Shown piece by piece: positions 26,601 through 41,200 of a DNA stretch of 64,000 nt. This stretch comes from Eledone cirrhosa (Eukaryota). How positions within the stretch are numbered: the first letter of the stretch is position 1; the number at the start of each line of letters is the position of its first letter. Where the stretch lies: positions 49,312 through 113,311 of the forward strand of contig CAXHJY010000598.1 in the NCBI GenBank assembly GCA_964016885.1, given 5' to 3'. The position numbers and the translations under genes are program-made. Below the pieces are notes generated by a model. It was not told the DNA's origin and searched no databases. It saw only the letters and a program-made list of their open reading frames with translations.

Positions 26601-29600
26601 AACCAAACCGTGTTAAACGTCAACAAAGTCCGCCGGCGAATGGTGTGCTTCGAAGAAAACGAATCCAAAAATGACGATTTGCCGGCGGAGTTACCTTTTC
26701 AATCGCGGGCCGGCCGCCCGTGGTCGGATCGATCTGTAATTACTGGTACATGTGCAGACACTCATTGGCTATGTGTGGCGTGAATTTCAGCAAGATATCT
26801 CCGTAAAATCAATAGTTGTGGCTGTGGAACCAAACCGTGTTAAACGTCAACAAAGTCCGCCGGCGAATGGTGTGCTTCGAAGAAAACGAATCCAAAAATG
26901 ACGATTTGCCGGCGGAGTTACCTTTTCAATCGCGGGCCGGCCGCCCGTGGTCGGATCGATCTGTAATTACTGGTACATGTGCAGACACTCATTGGCTATG
27001 TGCGGCGTGAATTTCAGCAAGATATCTCCGTAAAATCAATAGTTGTGGCTGTGGAACCAAACCGTGTTAAACGTCAACAAAGTCCGCCGGCGAATGGTGT
27101 GCTTCGAAGAAAACGAATCCAAAAATGACGATTTGCCGGCGGAGTTACCTTTTCAATCGCGGGCCGGCCGCCCGTGGTCGGATCGATCTGTAATTACTGG
27201 TACATGTGCAGACACTCATTGGCTATGTGCGGCGTGAATTTCAGCAAGATATCTCCGTAAAATCAATAGTTGTGGCTGTGGAACCAAACCGTGTTAAACG
27301 TCAACAAAGTCCGCCGGCGAATGGTGTGCTTCGAAGAAAACGAATCCAAAAATGACGATTTGCCGGCGGAGTTACCTTTTCAATCGCGGGCCGGCCGCCC
27401 GTGGTCGGATCGATCTGTAATTACTGGTACATGTGCAGACACTCATTGGCTATGTGCGGCGTGAATTTCAGCAAGATATCTCCGTAAAATCAATAGTTGT
27501 GGCTGTGGAACCAAACCGTGTTAAACGTCAACAAAGTCCGCCGGCGAATGGTGTGCTTCGAAGAAAACGAATCCAAAAATGACGATTTGCCGGCGGAGTT
27601 ACCTTTTCAATCGCGGGCCGGCCGCCCGTGGTCGGATCGATCTGTAATTACTGGTACATGTGCAGACACTCATTGGCTATGTGTGGCGTGAATTTCAGCA
27701 AGATATCTCCGTAAAATCAATAGTTGTGGCTGTGGAACCAAACCGTGTTAAACGTCAACAATGTCCGCCGGCGAATGGTGTGCTTCGAAGAAAACGAATC
27801 CAAAAATGACGATTTGCCGGCGGAGTTACCTTTTCAATCGCGGGCCGGCCGCCCGTGGTCGGATCGATCTGTAATTACTGGTACATGTGCAGACACTCAT
27901 TGGCTATGTGCGGCGTGAATTTCAGCAAGATATCTCCGTAAAGTCAATAGTTGTGGCTGTGGAACCAAACCGTGTTAAACGTCAACAAAGTCCGCCGGCG
28001 AATGGTGTGCTTCGAAGAAAACGAATCCAAAAATGACGATTTGCCGGCGGAGTTACCTTTTTAATCGCGGGCCGGCCGCCCGTGGTCGGATCGATCTGTA
28101 ATTACTGGTACATGTGCAGACACTCATTGGCTATGTGTGGCGTGAATTTCAGCAAGATATCTCCGTAAAATCAATAGTTGTGGCTGTGGAACCAAACCGT
28201 GTTAAACGTCAACAATGTCCGCCGGCGAATGGTGTGCTTCGAAGAAAACGAATCCAAAAATGACGATTTGCCGGCGGAGTTACCTTTTCAATCGCGGGCC
28301 GGCCGCCCGTGGTCGGATCGATCTGTAATTACTGGTACATGTGCAGACACTCATTGGCTATGTGCGGCGTGAATTTCAGCAAGATATCTCCGTAAAATCA
28401 ATAGTTGTGGCTGTGGAACCAAACCGTGTTAAACGTCAACAAAGTCCGCCGGCGAATGGTGTGCTTCGAAGAAAACGAATCCAAAAATGACGATTTGCCG
28501 GCGGAGTTACCTTTTCAATCGCGGGCCGGCCGCCCGTGGTCGGATCGATCTGTAATTACTGGTACATGTGCAGACACTCATTGGCTATGTGCGGCGTGAA
28601 TTTCAGCAAGATATCTCCGTAAAATCAATAGTTGTGGCTGTGGAACCAAACCGTGTTAAACGTCAACAAAGTCCGCCGGCGAATGGTGTGCTTCGAAGAA
28701 AACGAATCCAAAAATGACGATTTGCCGGCGGAGTTACCTTTTCAATCGCGGGCCGGCCGCCCGTGGTCGGATCGATCTGTAATTACTGGTACATGTGCAG
28801 ACACTCATTGGCTATGTGTGGCGTGAATTTCAGCAAGATATCTCCGTAAAATCAATAGTTGTGGCTGTGGAACCAAACCGTGTTAAACGTCAACAAAGTC
28901 CGCCGGCGAATGGTGTGCTTCGAAGAAAACGAATCCAAAAATGACGATTTGCCGGCGGAGTTACCTTTTCAATCGCGGGCCGGCCGCCCGTGGTCGGATC
29001 GATCTGTAATTACTGGTACATGTGCAGACACTCATTGGCTATGTGTGGCGTGAATTTCAGCAAGATATCTCCGTAAAATCAATAGTTGTGGCTGTGGAAC
29101 CAAACCGTGTTAAACGTCAACAAAGTCCGCCGGCGAATGGTGTGCTTCGAAGAAAACGAATCCAAAAATGACGATTTGCCGGCGGAGTTACCTTTTCAAT
29201 CGCGGGCCGGCCGCCCGTGGTCGGATAGATCTGTAATTACTGGTACATGTGCAGACACTCATTGGCTATGTGCGGCGTGAATTTCAGCAAGATATCTCCG
29301 TAAAATCAATAGTTGTGGCTGTGGAACCAAACCGTGTTAAACGTCAACAAAGTCCGCCGGCGAATGGTGTGCTTCGAAGAAAACGAATCCAAAAATGACG
29401 ATTTGCCGGCGGAGTTACCTTTTCAATCGCGGGCCGGCCGCCCGTGGTCAGATCGATCTGTAATTACTGGTACATGTGCAGACACTCATTGGCTATGTGT
29501 GGCGTGAATTTCAGCAAGATATCTCCGTAAATTCAATAGTTGTGGCTGTGGAACCAAACCGTGTTAAACGTCAACAAAGTCCGCCGGCGAATGGTGTGCT

Positions 29601-32600
29601 TCGAAGAAAACGAATCCAAAAATGACGATTTGCCGGCGGAGTTACCTTTTCAATCGCGGGCCGGCCGCCCGTGGTCGGATAGATCTGTAATTACTGGTAC
29701 ATGTGCAGACACTCATTGGCTATGTGCGGCGTGAATTTCAGCAAGATATCTCCGTAAAATCAATAGTTGTGGCTGTGGAACCAAACCGTGTTAAACGTCA
29801 ACAAAGTCCGCCGGCGAATGGTGTGCTTCGAAGAAAACGAATCCAAAAATGACGATTTGCCGGCGGAGTTACCTTTTCAATCGCGGGCCGGCCGCCCGTG
29901 GTCAGATCGATCTGTAATTACTGGTACATGTGCAGACACTCATTGGCTATGTGTGGCGTGAATTTCAGCAAGATATCTCCGTAAATTCAATAGTTGTGGC
30001 TGTGGAACCAAACCGTGTTAAACGTCAACAAAGTCCGCCGGCGAATGGTGTGCTTCGAAGAAAACGAATCCAAAAATGACGATTTGCCGGCGGAGTTACC
30101 TTTTTAATCGCGGGCCGGCCGCCCGTGGTCGGATCGATCTGTAATTACTGGTACATGTGCAGACACTCATTGGCTATGTGTGGCGTGAATTTCAGCAAGA
30201 TATCTCCGTAAAATCAATAGTTGTGGCTGTGGAACCAAACCGTGTTAAACGTCAACAATGTCCGCCGGCGAATGGTGTGCTTCGAAGAAAACGAATCCAA
30301 AAATGACGATTTGCCGGCGGAGTTACCTTTTCAATCGCGGGCCGGCCGCCCGTGGTCGGATCGATCTGTAATTACTGGTACATGTGCAGACACTCATTGG
30401 CTATGTGCGGCGTGAATTTCAGCAAGATATCTCCGTAAAATCAATAGTTGTGGCTGTGGAACCAAACCGTGTTAAACGTCAACAATGTCCGCCGGCGAAT
30501 GGTGTGCTTCGAAGAAAACGAATCCAAAAATGACGATTTGCCGGCGGAGTTACCTTTTCAATCGCGGGCCGGCCGCCCGTGGTCGGATCGATCTGTAATT
30601 ACTGGTACATGTGCAGACACTCATTGGCTATGTGCGGCGTGAATTTCAGCAAGATATCTCCGTAAAATCAATAGTTGTGGCTGTGGAACCAAACCGTGTT
30701 AAACGTCAACAAAGTCCGCCGGCGAATGGTGTGCTTCGAAGAAAACGAATCCAAAAATGACGATTTGCCGGCGGAGTTACCTTTTCAATCGCGGGCCGGC
30801 CGCCCGTGGTCGGATCGATCTGTAATTACTGGTACATGTGCAGACACTCATTGGCTATGTGCGGCGTGAATTTCAGCAAGATATCTCCGTAAAATCAATA
30901 GTTGTGGCTGTGGAACCAAACCGTGTTAAACGTCAACAAAGTCCGCCGGCGAATGGTGTGCTTCGAAGAAAACGAATCCAAAAATGACGATTTGCCGGCG
31001 GAGTTACCTTTTCAATCGCGGGCCGGCCGCCCGTGGTCGGATCGATCTGTAATTACTGGTACATGTGCAGACACTCATTGGCTATGTGTGGCGTGAATTT
31101 CAGCAAGATATCTCCGTAAAATCAATAGTTGTGGCTGTGGAACCAAACCGTGTTAAACGTCAACAAAGTCCGCCGGCGAATGGTGTGCTTCGAAGAAAAC
31201 GAATCCAAAAATGACGATTTGCCGGCGGAGTTACCTTTTCAATCGCGGGCCGGCCGCCCGTGGTCGGATCGATCTGTAATTACTGGTACATGTGCAGACA
31301 CTCATTGGCTATGTGTGGCGTGAATTTCAGCAAGATATCTCCGTAAAATCAATAGTTGTGGCTGTGGAACCAAACCGTGTTAAACGTCAACAAAGTCCGC
31401 CGGCGAATGGTGTGCTTCGAAGAAAACGAATCCAAAAATGACGATTTGCCGGCGGAGTTACCTTTTCAATCGCGGGCCGGCCGCCCGTGGTCGGATAGAT
31501 CTGTAATTACTGGTACATGTGCAGACACTCATTGGCTATGTGCGGCGTGAATTTCAGCAAGATATCTCCGTAAAATCAATAGTTGTGGCTGTGGAACCAA
31601 ACCGTGTTAAACGTCAACAAAGTCCGCCGGCGAATGGTGTGCTTCGAAGAAAACGAATCCAAAAATGACGATTTGCCGGCGGAGTTACCTTTTCAATCGC
31701 GGGCCGGCCGCCCGTGGTCAGATCGATCTGTAATTACTGGTACATGTGCAGACACTCATTGGCTATGTGTGGCGTGAATTTCAGCAAGATATCTCCGTAA
31801 ATTCAATAGTTGTGGCTGTGGAACCAAACCGTGTTAAACGTCAACAAAGTCCGCCGGCGAATGGTGTGCTTCGAAGAAAACGAATCCAAAAATGACGATT
31901 TGCCGGCGGAGTTACCTTTTTAATCGCGGGCCGGCCGCCCGTGGTCGGATCGATCTGTAATTACTGGTACATGTGCAGACACTCATTGGCTATGTGTGGC
32001 GTGAATTTCAGCAAGATATCTCCGTAAAATCAATAGTTGTGGCTGTGGAACCAAACCGTGTTAAACGTCAACAATGTCCGCCGGCGAATGGTGTGCTTCG
32101 AAGAAAACGAATCCAAAAATGACGATTTGCCGGCGGAGTTACCTTTTCAATCGCGGGCCGGCCGCCCGTGGTCGGATCGATCTGTAATTACTGGTACATG
32201 TGCAGACACTCATTGGCTATGTGCGGCGTGAATTTCAGCAAGATATCTCCGTAAAATCAATAGTTGTGGCTGTGGAACCAAACCGTGTTAAACGTCAACA
32301 AAGTCCGCCGGCGAATGGTGTGCTTCGAAGAAAACGAATCCAAAAATGACGATTTGCCGGCGGAGTTACCTTTTCAATCGCGGGCCGGCCGCCCGTGGTC
32401 GGATCGATCTGTAATTACTGGTACATGTGCAGACACTCATTGGCTATGTGCGGCGTGAATTTCAGCAAGATATCTCCGTAAAATCAATAGTTGTGGCTGT
32501 GGAACCAAACCGTGTTAAACGTCAACAAAGTCCGCCGGCGAATGGTGTGCTTCGAAGAAAACGAATCCAAAAATGACGATTTGCCGGCGGAGTTACCTTT

Positions 32601-34050
32601 TCAATCGCGGGCCGGCCGCCCGTGGTCGGATCGATCTGTAATTACTGGTACATGTGCAGACACTCATTGGCTATGTGCGGCGTGAATTTCAGCAAGATAT
32701 CTCCGTAAAATCAATAGTTGTGGCTGTGGAACCAAACCGTGTTAAACGTCAACAAAGTCCGCCGGCGAATGGTGTGCTTCGAAGAAAACGAATCCAAAAA
32801 TGACGATTTGCCGGCGGAGTTACCTTTTCAATCGCGGGCCGGCCGCCCGTGGTCGGATCGATCTGTAATTACTGGTACATGTGCAGACACTCATTGGCTA
32901 TGTGTGGCGTGAATTTCAGCAAGATATCTCCGTAAAATCAATAGTTGTGGCTGTGGAACCAAACCGTGTTAAACGTCAACAATGTCCGCCGGCGAATGGT
33001 GTGCTTCGAAGAAAACGAATCCAAAAATGACGATTTGCCGGCGGAGTTACCTTTTCAATTGCGGGCCGGCCGCCCGTGGTCGGATCGATCTGTAATTACT
33101 GGTACATGTGCAGACACTCATTGGCTATGTGCGGCGTGAATTTCAGCAAGATATCTCCGTAAAATCAATAGTTGTGGCTGTGGAACCAAACCGTGTTAAA
33201 CGTCAACAAAGTCCGCCGGCGAATGGTGTGCTTCGAAGAAAACGAATCCAAAAATGACGATTTGCCGGCGGAGTTACCTTTTCAATCGCGGGCCGGCCGC
33301 CCGTGGTCGGATCGATCTGTAATTACTGGTACATGTGCAGACACTCATTGGCTATGTGCGGCGTGAATTTCAGCAAGATATCTCCGTAAAATCAATAGTT
33401 GTGGCTGTGGAACCAAACCGTGTTAAACGTCAACAAAGTCCGCCGGCGAATGGTGTGCTTCGAAGAAAACGAATCCAAAAATGACGATTTGCCGGCGGAG
33501 TTACCTTTTCAATCGCGGGCCGGCCGCCCGTGGTCGGATCGATCTGTAATTACTGGTACATGTGCAGACACTCATTGGCTATGTGTGGCGTGAATTTCAG
33601 CAAGATATCTCCGTAAAATCAATAGTTGTGGCTGTGGAACCAAACCGTGTTAAACGTCAACAAAGTCCGCCGGCGAATGGTGTGCTTCGAAGAAAACGAA
33701 TCCAAAAATGACGATTTGCCGGCGGAGTTACCTTTTCAATCGCGGGCCGGCCGCCCGTGGTCGGATCGATCTGTAATTACTGGTACATGTGCAGACACTC
33801 ATTGGCTATGTGCGGCGTGAATTTCAGCAAGATATCTCCGTAAAATCAATAGTTGTGGCTGTGGAACCAAACCGTGTTAAACGTCAACAAAGTCCGCCGG
33901 CGAATGGTGTGCTTCGAAGAAAACGAATCCAAAAATGACGATTTGCCGGCGGAGTTACCTTTTCAATCGCGGGCCGGCCGCCCGTGGTCGGATCGATCTG
34001 TAATTACTGGTACATGTGCAGACACTCATTGGCTATGTGCGGCGTGAATT
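23609..34050. repeat. 16-monomer block duplicated at a 30-monomer (6810-bp) offset: about 23609-27240 and 30419-34050
   Basis: The order of A68T, T217, C171A, G167A, C141T and C145T monomers matches between the blocks (for example C145T in ORFs 26135/32945 and C141T gaps at 25000/31810). Confidence 0.75.
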
Positions 34051-37000
34051 TCAGCAAGATATCTCCGTAAAATCAATAGTTGTGGCTGTGGAACCAAACC
34101 GTGTTAAACGTCAACAAAGTCCGCCGGCGAATGGTGTGCTTCGAAGAAAACGAATCCAAAAATGACGATTTGCCGGCGGAGTTACCTTTTCAATCGCGGG
34201 CCGGCCGCCCGTGGTCGGATCGATCTGTAATTACTGGTACATGTGCAGACACTCATTGGCTATGTGTGGCGTGAATTTCAGCAAGATATCTCCGTAAAAT
34301 CAATAGTTGTGGCTGTGGAACCAAACCGTGTTAAACGTCAACAATGTCCGCCGGCGAATGGTGTGCTTCGAAGAAAACGAATCCAAAAATGACGATTTGC
34401 CGGCGGAGTTACCTTTTCAATTGCGGGCCGGCCGCCCGTGGTCGGATCGATCTGTAATTACTGGTACATGTGCAGACACTCATTGGCTATGTGCGGCGTG
34501 AATTTCAGCAAGATATCTCCGTAAAATCAATAGTTGTGGCTGTGGAACCAAACCGTGTTAAACGTCAACAAAGTCCGCCGGCGAATGGTGTGCTTCGAAG
34601 AAAACGAATCCAAAAATGACGATTTGCCGGCGGAGTTACCTTTTCAATCGCGGGCCGGCCGCCCGTGGTCGGATCGATCTGTAATTACTGGTACGTGTGC
34701 AGACACTCATTGGCTATGTGCGGCGTGAATTTCAGCAAGATATCTCCGTAAAATCAATAGTTGTGGCTGTGGAACCAAACCGTGTTAAACGTCAACAAAG
34801 TCCGCCGGCGAATGGTGTGCTTCGAAGAAAACGAATCCAAAAATGACGATTTGCCGGCGGAGTTACCTTTTCAATCGCGGGCCGGCCGCCCGTGGTCGGA
34901 TCGATCTGTAATTACTGGTACATGTGCAGACACTCATTGGCTATGTGTGGCGTGAATTTCAGCAAGATATCTCCGTAAAATCAATAGTTGTGGCTGTGGA
35001 ACCAAACCGTGTTAAACGTCAACAAAGTCCGCCGGCGAATGGTGTGCTTCGAAGAAAACGAATCCAAAAATGACGATTTGCCGGCGGAGTTACCTTTTCA
35101 ATCGCGGGCCGGCCGCCCGTGGTCGGATCGATCTGTAATTACTGGTACATGTGCAGACACTCATTGGCTATGTGCGGCGTGAATTTCAGCAAGATATCTC
35201 CGTAAAATCAATAGTTGTGGCTGTGGAACCAAACCGTGTTAAACGTCAACAAAGTCCGCCGGCGAATGGTGTGCTTCGAAGAAAACGAATCCAAAAATGA
35301 CGATTTGCCGGCGGAGTTACCTTTTCAATCGCGGGCCGGCCGCCCGTGGTCGGATCGATCTGTAATTACTGGTACATGTGCAGACACTCATTGGCTATGT
35401 GCGGCGTGAATTTCAGCAAGATATCTCCGTAAAATCAATAGTTGTGGCTGTGGAACCAAACCGTGTTAAACGTCAACAAAGTCCGCCGGCGAATGGTGTG
35501 CTTCGAAGAAAACGAATCCAAAAATGACGATTTGCCGGCGGAGTTACCTTTTCAATCGCGGGCCGGCCGCCCGTGGTCGGATCGATCTGTAATTACTGGT
35601 ACATGTGCAGACACTCATTGGCTATGTGTGGCGTGAATTTCAGCAAGATATCTCCGTAAATTCAATAGTTGTGGCTGTGGAACCAAACCGTGTTAAACGT
35701 CAACAAAGTCCGCCGGCGAATGGTGTGCTTCGAAGAAAACGAATCCAAAAATGACGATTTGCCGGCGGAGTTACCTTTTCAATCGCGGGCCGGCCGCCCG
35801 TGGTCGGATCGATCTGTAATTACTGGTACATGTGCAGACACTCATTGGCTATGTGTGGCGTGAATTTCAGCAAGATATCTCCGTAAAATCAATAGTTGTG
35901 GCTGTGGAACCAAACCGTGTTAAACGTCAACAAAGTCCGCCGGCGAATGGTGTGCTTCGAAGAAAACGAATCCAAAAATGACGATTTGCCGGCGGAGTTA
36001 CCTTTTCAATCGCGGGCCGGCCGCCCGTGGTCGGATCGATCTGTAATTACTGGTACATGTGCAGACACTCATTGGCTATGTGTGGCGTGAATTTCAGCAA
36101 GATATCTCCGTAAAATCAATAGTTGTGGCTGTGGAACCAAACCGTGTTAAACGTCAACAAAGTCCGCCGGCGAATGGTGTGCTTCGAAGAAAACGAATCC
36201 AAAAATGACGATTTGCCGGCGGAGTTACCTTTTCAATCGCGGGCCGGCCGCCCGTGGTCGGATAGATCTGTAATTACTGGTACATGTGCAGACACTCATT
36301 GGCTATGTGCGGCGTGAATTTCAGCAAGATATCTCCGTAAAATCAATAGTTGTGGCTGTGGAACCAAACCGTGTTAAACGTCAACAAAGTCCGCCGGCGA
36401 ATGGTGTGCTTCGAAGAAAACGAATCCAAAAATGACGATTTGCCGGCGGAGTTACCTTTTCAATCGCGGGCCGGCCGCCCGTGGTCGGATCGATCTGTAA
36501 TTACTGGTACATGTGCGGACACTCATTGGCTATGTGCGGCGTGAATTTCAGCAAGATATCTCCGTAAAATCAATAGTTGTGGCTGTGGAACCAAACCGTG
36601 TTAAACGTCAACAAAGTCCGCCGGCGAATGGTGTGCTTCGAAGAAAACGAATCCAAAAATGACGATTTGCCGGCGGAGTTACCTTTTCAATCGCGGGCCG
36701 GCCGCCCGTGGTCAGATCGATCTGTAATTACTGGTACATGTGCAGACACTCATTGGCTATGTGTGGCGTGAATTTCAGCAAGATATCTCCGTAAATTCAA
36801 TAGTTGTGGCTGTGGAACCAAACCGTGTTAAACGTCAACAAAGTCCGCCGGCGAATGGTGTGCTTCGAAGAAAACGAATCCAAAAATGACGATTTGCCGG
36901 CGGAGTTACCTTTTTAATCGCGGGCCGGCCGCCCGTGGTCGGATCGATCTGTAATTACTGGTACATGTGCAGACACTCATTGGCTATGTGTGGCGTGAAT

Positions 37001-38204
37001 TTCAGCAAGATATCTCCGTAAAATCAATAGTTGTGGCTGTGGAACCAAACCGTGTTAAACGTCAACAATGTCCGCCGGCGAATGGTGTGCTTCGAAGAAA
37101 ACGAATCCAAAAATGACGATTTGTCGGCGGAGTTACCTTTTCAATCGCGGGCCGGCCGCCCGTGGTCGGATCGATCTGTAATTACTGGTACATGTGCAGA
37201 CACTCATTGGCTATGTGCGGCGTGAATTTCAGCAAGATATCTCCGTAAAATCAATAGTTGTGGCTGTGGAACCAAACCGTGTTAAACGTCAACAAAGTCC
37301 GCCGGCGAATGGTGTGCTTCGAAGAAAACGAATCCAAAAATGACGATTTGCCGGCGGAGTTACCTTTTCAATCGCGGGCCGGCCGCCCGTGGTCGGATCG
37401 ATCTGTAATTACTGGTACATGTGCAGACACTCATTGGCTATGTGCGGCGTGAATTTCAGCAAGATATCTCCGTAAAATCAATAGTTGTGGCTGTGGAACC
37501 AAACCGTGTTAAACGTCAACAAAGTCCGCCGGCGAATGGTGTGCTTCGAAGAAAACGAATCCAAAAATGACGATTTGCCGGCGGAGTTACCTTTTCAATC
37601 GCGGGCCGGCCGCCCGTGGTCGGATCGATCTGTAATTACTGGTACATGTGCAGACACTCATTGGCTATGTGTGGCGTGAATTTCAGCAAGATATCTCCGT
37701 AAATTCAATAGTTGTGGCTGTGGAACCAAACCGTGTTAAACGTCAACAAAGTCCGCCGGCGAATGGTGTGCTTCGAAGAAAACGAATCCAAAAATGACGA
37801 TTTGCCGGCGGAGTTACCTTTTCAATCGCGGGCCGGCCGCCCGTGGTCGGATCGATCTGTAATTACTGGTACATGTGCAGACACTCATTGGCTATGTGTG
37901 GCGTGAATTTCAGCAAGATATCTCCGTAAAATCAATAGTTGTGGCTGTGGAACCAAACCGTGTTAAACGTCAACAAAGTCCGCCGGCGAATGGTGTGCTT
38001 CGAAGAAAACGAATCCAAAAATGACGATTTGCCGGCGGAGTTACCTTTTTAATCGCGGGCCGGCCGCCCGTGGTCGGATCGATCTGTAATTACTGGTACA
38101 TGTGCAGACACTCATTGGCTATGTGTGGCGTGAATTTCAGCAAGATATCTCCGTAAAATCAATAGTTGTGGCTGTGGAACCAAACCGTGTTAAACGTCAA
38201 CAAT

Positions 38205-41200
38205 GTCCGCCGGCGAATGGTGTGCTTCGAAGAAAACGAATCCAAAAATGACGATTTGTCGGCGGAGTTACCTTTTCAATCGCGGGCCGGCCGCCCGTGG
38301 TCGGATCGATCTGTAATTACTGGTACATGTGCAGACACTCATTGGCTATGTGCGGCGTGAATTTCAGCAAGATATCTCCGTAAAATCAATAGTTGTGGCT
38401 GTGGAACCAAACCGTGTTAAACGTCAACAAAGTCCGCCGGCGAATGGTGTGCTTCGAAGAAAACGAATCCAAAAATGACGATTTGCCGGCGGAGTTACCT
38501 TTTCAATCGCGGGCCGGCCGCCCGTGGTCGGATCGATCTGTAATTACTGGTACATGTGCAGACACTCATTGGCTATGTGCGGCGTGAATTTCAGCAAGAT
38601 ATCTCCGTAAAATCAATAGTTGTGGCTGTGGAACCAAACCGTGTTAAACGTCAACAAAGTCCGCCGGCGAATGGTGTGCTTCGAAGAAAACGAATCCAAA
38701 AATGACGATTTGCCGGCGGAGTTACCTTTTCAATCGCGGGCCGGCCGCCCGTGGTCGGATCGATCTGTAATTACTGGTACATGTGCAGACACTCATTGGC
38801 TATGTGTGGCGTGAATTTCAGCAAGATATCTCCGTAAATTCAATAGTTGTGGCTGTGGAACCAAACCGTGTTAAACGTCAACAAAGTCCGCCGGCGAATG
38901 GTGTGCTTCGAAGAAAACGAATCCAAAAATGACGATTTGCCGGCGGAGTTACCTTTTCAATCGCGGGCCGGCCGCCCGTGGTCGGATCGATCTGTAATTA
39001 CTGGTACATGTGCAGACACTCATTGGCTATGTGTGGCGTGAATTTCAGCAAGATATCTCCGTAAAATCAATAGTTGTGGCTGTGGAACCAAACCGTGTTA
39101 AACGTCAACAAAGTCCGCCGGCGAATGGTGTGCTTCGAAGAAAACGAATCCAAAAATGACGATTTGCCGGCGGAGTTACCTTTTCAATCGCGGGCCGGCC
39201 GCCCGTGGTCGGATCGATCTGTAATTACTGGTACATGTGCAGACACTCATTGGCTATGTGTGGCGTGAATTTCAGCAAGATATCTCCGTAAAATCAATAG
39301 TTGTGGCTGTGGAACCAAACCGTGTTAAACGTCAACAAAGTCCGCCGGCGAATGGTGTGCTTCGAAGAAAACGAATCCAAAAATGACGATTTGCCGGCGG
39401 AGTTACCTTTTCAATCGCGGGCCGGCCGCCCGTGGTCGGATAGATCTGTAATTACTGGTACATGTGCAGACACTCATTGGCTATGTGCGGCGTGAATTTC
39501 AGCAAGATATCTCCGTAAAATCAATAGTTGTGGCTGTGGAACCAAACCGTGTTAAACGTCAACAAAGTCCGCCGGCGAATGGTGTGCTTCGAAGAAAACG
39601 AATCCAAAAATGACGATTTGCCGGCGGAGTTACCTTTTCAATCGCGGGCCGGCCGCCCGTGGTCGGATCGATCTGTAATTACTGGTACATGTGCGGACAC
39701 TCATTGGCTATGTGCGGCGTGAATTTCAGCAAGATATCTCCGTAAAATCAATAGTTGTGGCTGTGGAACCAAACCGTGTTAAACGTCAACAAAGTCCGCC
39801 GGCGAATGGTGTGCTTCGAAGAAAACGAATCCAAAAATGACGATTTGCCGGCGGAGTTACCTTTTCAATCGCGGGCCGGCCGCCCGTGGTCAGATCGATC
39901 TGTAATTACTGGTACATGTGCAGACACTCATTGGCTATGTGTGGCGTGAATTTCAGCAAGATATCTCCGTAAATTCAATAGTTGTGGCTGTGGAACCAAA
40001 CCGTGTTAAACGTCAACAAAGTCCGCCGGCGAATGGTGTGCTTCGAAGAAAACGAATCCAAAAATGACGATTTGCCGGCGGAGTTACCTTTTTAATCGCG
40101 GGCCGGCCGCCCGTGGTCGGATCGATCTGTAATTACTGGTACATGTGCAGACACTCATTGGCTATGTGTGGCGTGAATTTCAGCAAGATATCTCCGTAAA
40201 ATCAATAGTTGTGGCTGTGGAACCAAACCGTGTTAAACGTCAACAATGTCCGCCGGCGAATGGTGTGCTTCGAAGAAAACGAATCCAAAAATGACGATTT
40301 GTCGGCGGAGTTACCTTTTCAATCGCGGGCCGGCCGCCCGTGGTCGGATCGATCTGTAATTACTGGTACATGTGCAGACACTCATTGGCTATGTGCGGCG
40401 TGAATTTCAGCAAGATATCTCCGTAAAATCAATAGTTGTGGCTGTGGAACCAAACCGTGTTAAACGTCAACAAAGTCCGCCGGCGAATGGTGTGCTTCGA
40501 AGAAAACGAATCCAAAAATGACGATTTGCCGGCGGAGTTACCTTTTCAATCGCGGGCCGGCCGCCCGTGGTCGGATCGATCTGTAATTACTGGTACATGT
40601 GCAGACACTCATTGGCTATGTGCGGCGTGAATTTCAGCAAGATATCTCCGTAAAATCAATAGTTGTGGCTGTGGAACCAAACCGTGTTAAACGTCAACAA
40701 AGTCCGCCGGCGAATGGTGTGCTTCGAAGAAAACGAATCCAAAAATGACGATTTGCCGGCGGAGTTACCTTTTCAATCGCGGGCCGGCCGCCCGTGGTCG
40801 GATCGATCTGTAATTACTGGTACATGTGCAGACACTCATTGGCTATGTGCGGCGTGAATTTCAGCAAGATATCTCCGTAAAATCAATAGTTGTGGCTGTG
40901 GAACCAAACCGTGTTAAACGTCAACAAAGTCCGCCGGCGAATGGTGTGCTTCGAAGAAAACGAATCCAAAAATGACGATTTGCCGGCGGAGTTACCTTTT
41001 CAATCGCGGGCCGGCCGCCCGTGGTCGGATCGATCTGTAATTACTGGTACATGTGCAGACACTCATTGGCTATGTGCGGCGTGAATTTCAGCAAGATATC
41101 TCCGTAAAATCAATAGTTGTGGCTGTGGAACCAAACCGTGTTAAACGTCAACAAAGTCCGCCGGCGAATGGTGTGCTTCGAAGAAAACGAATCCAAAAAT

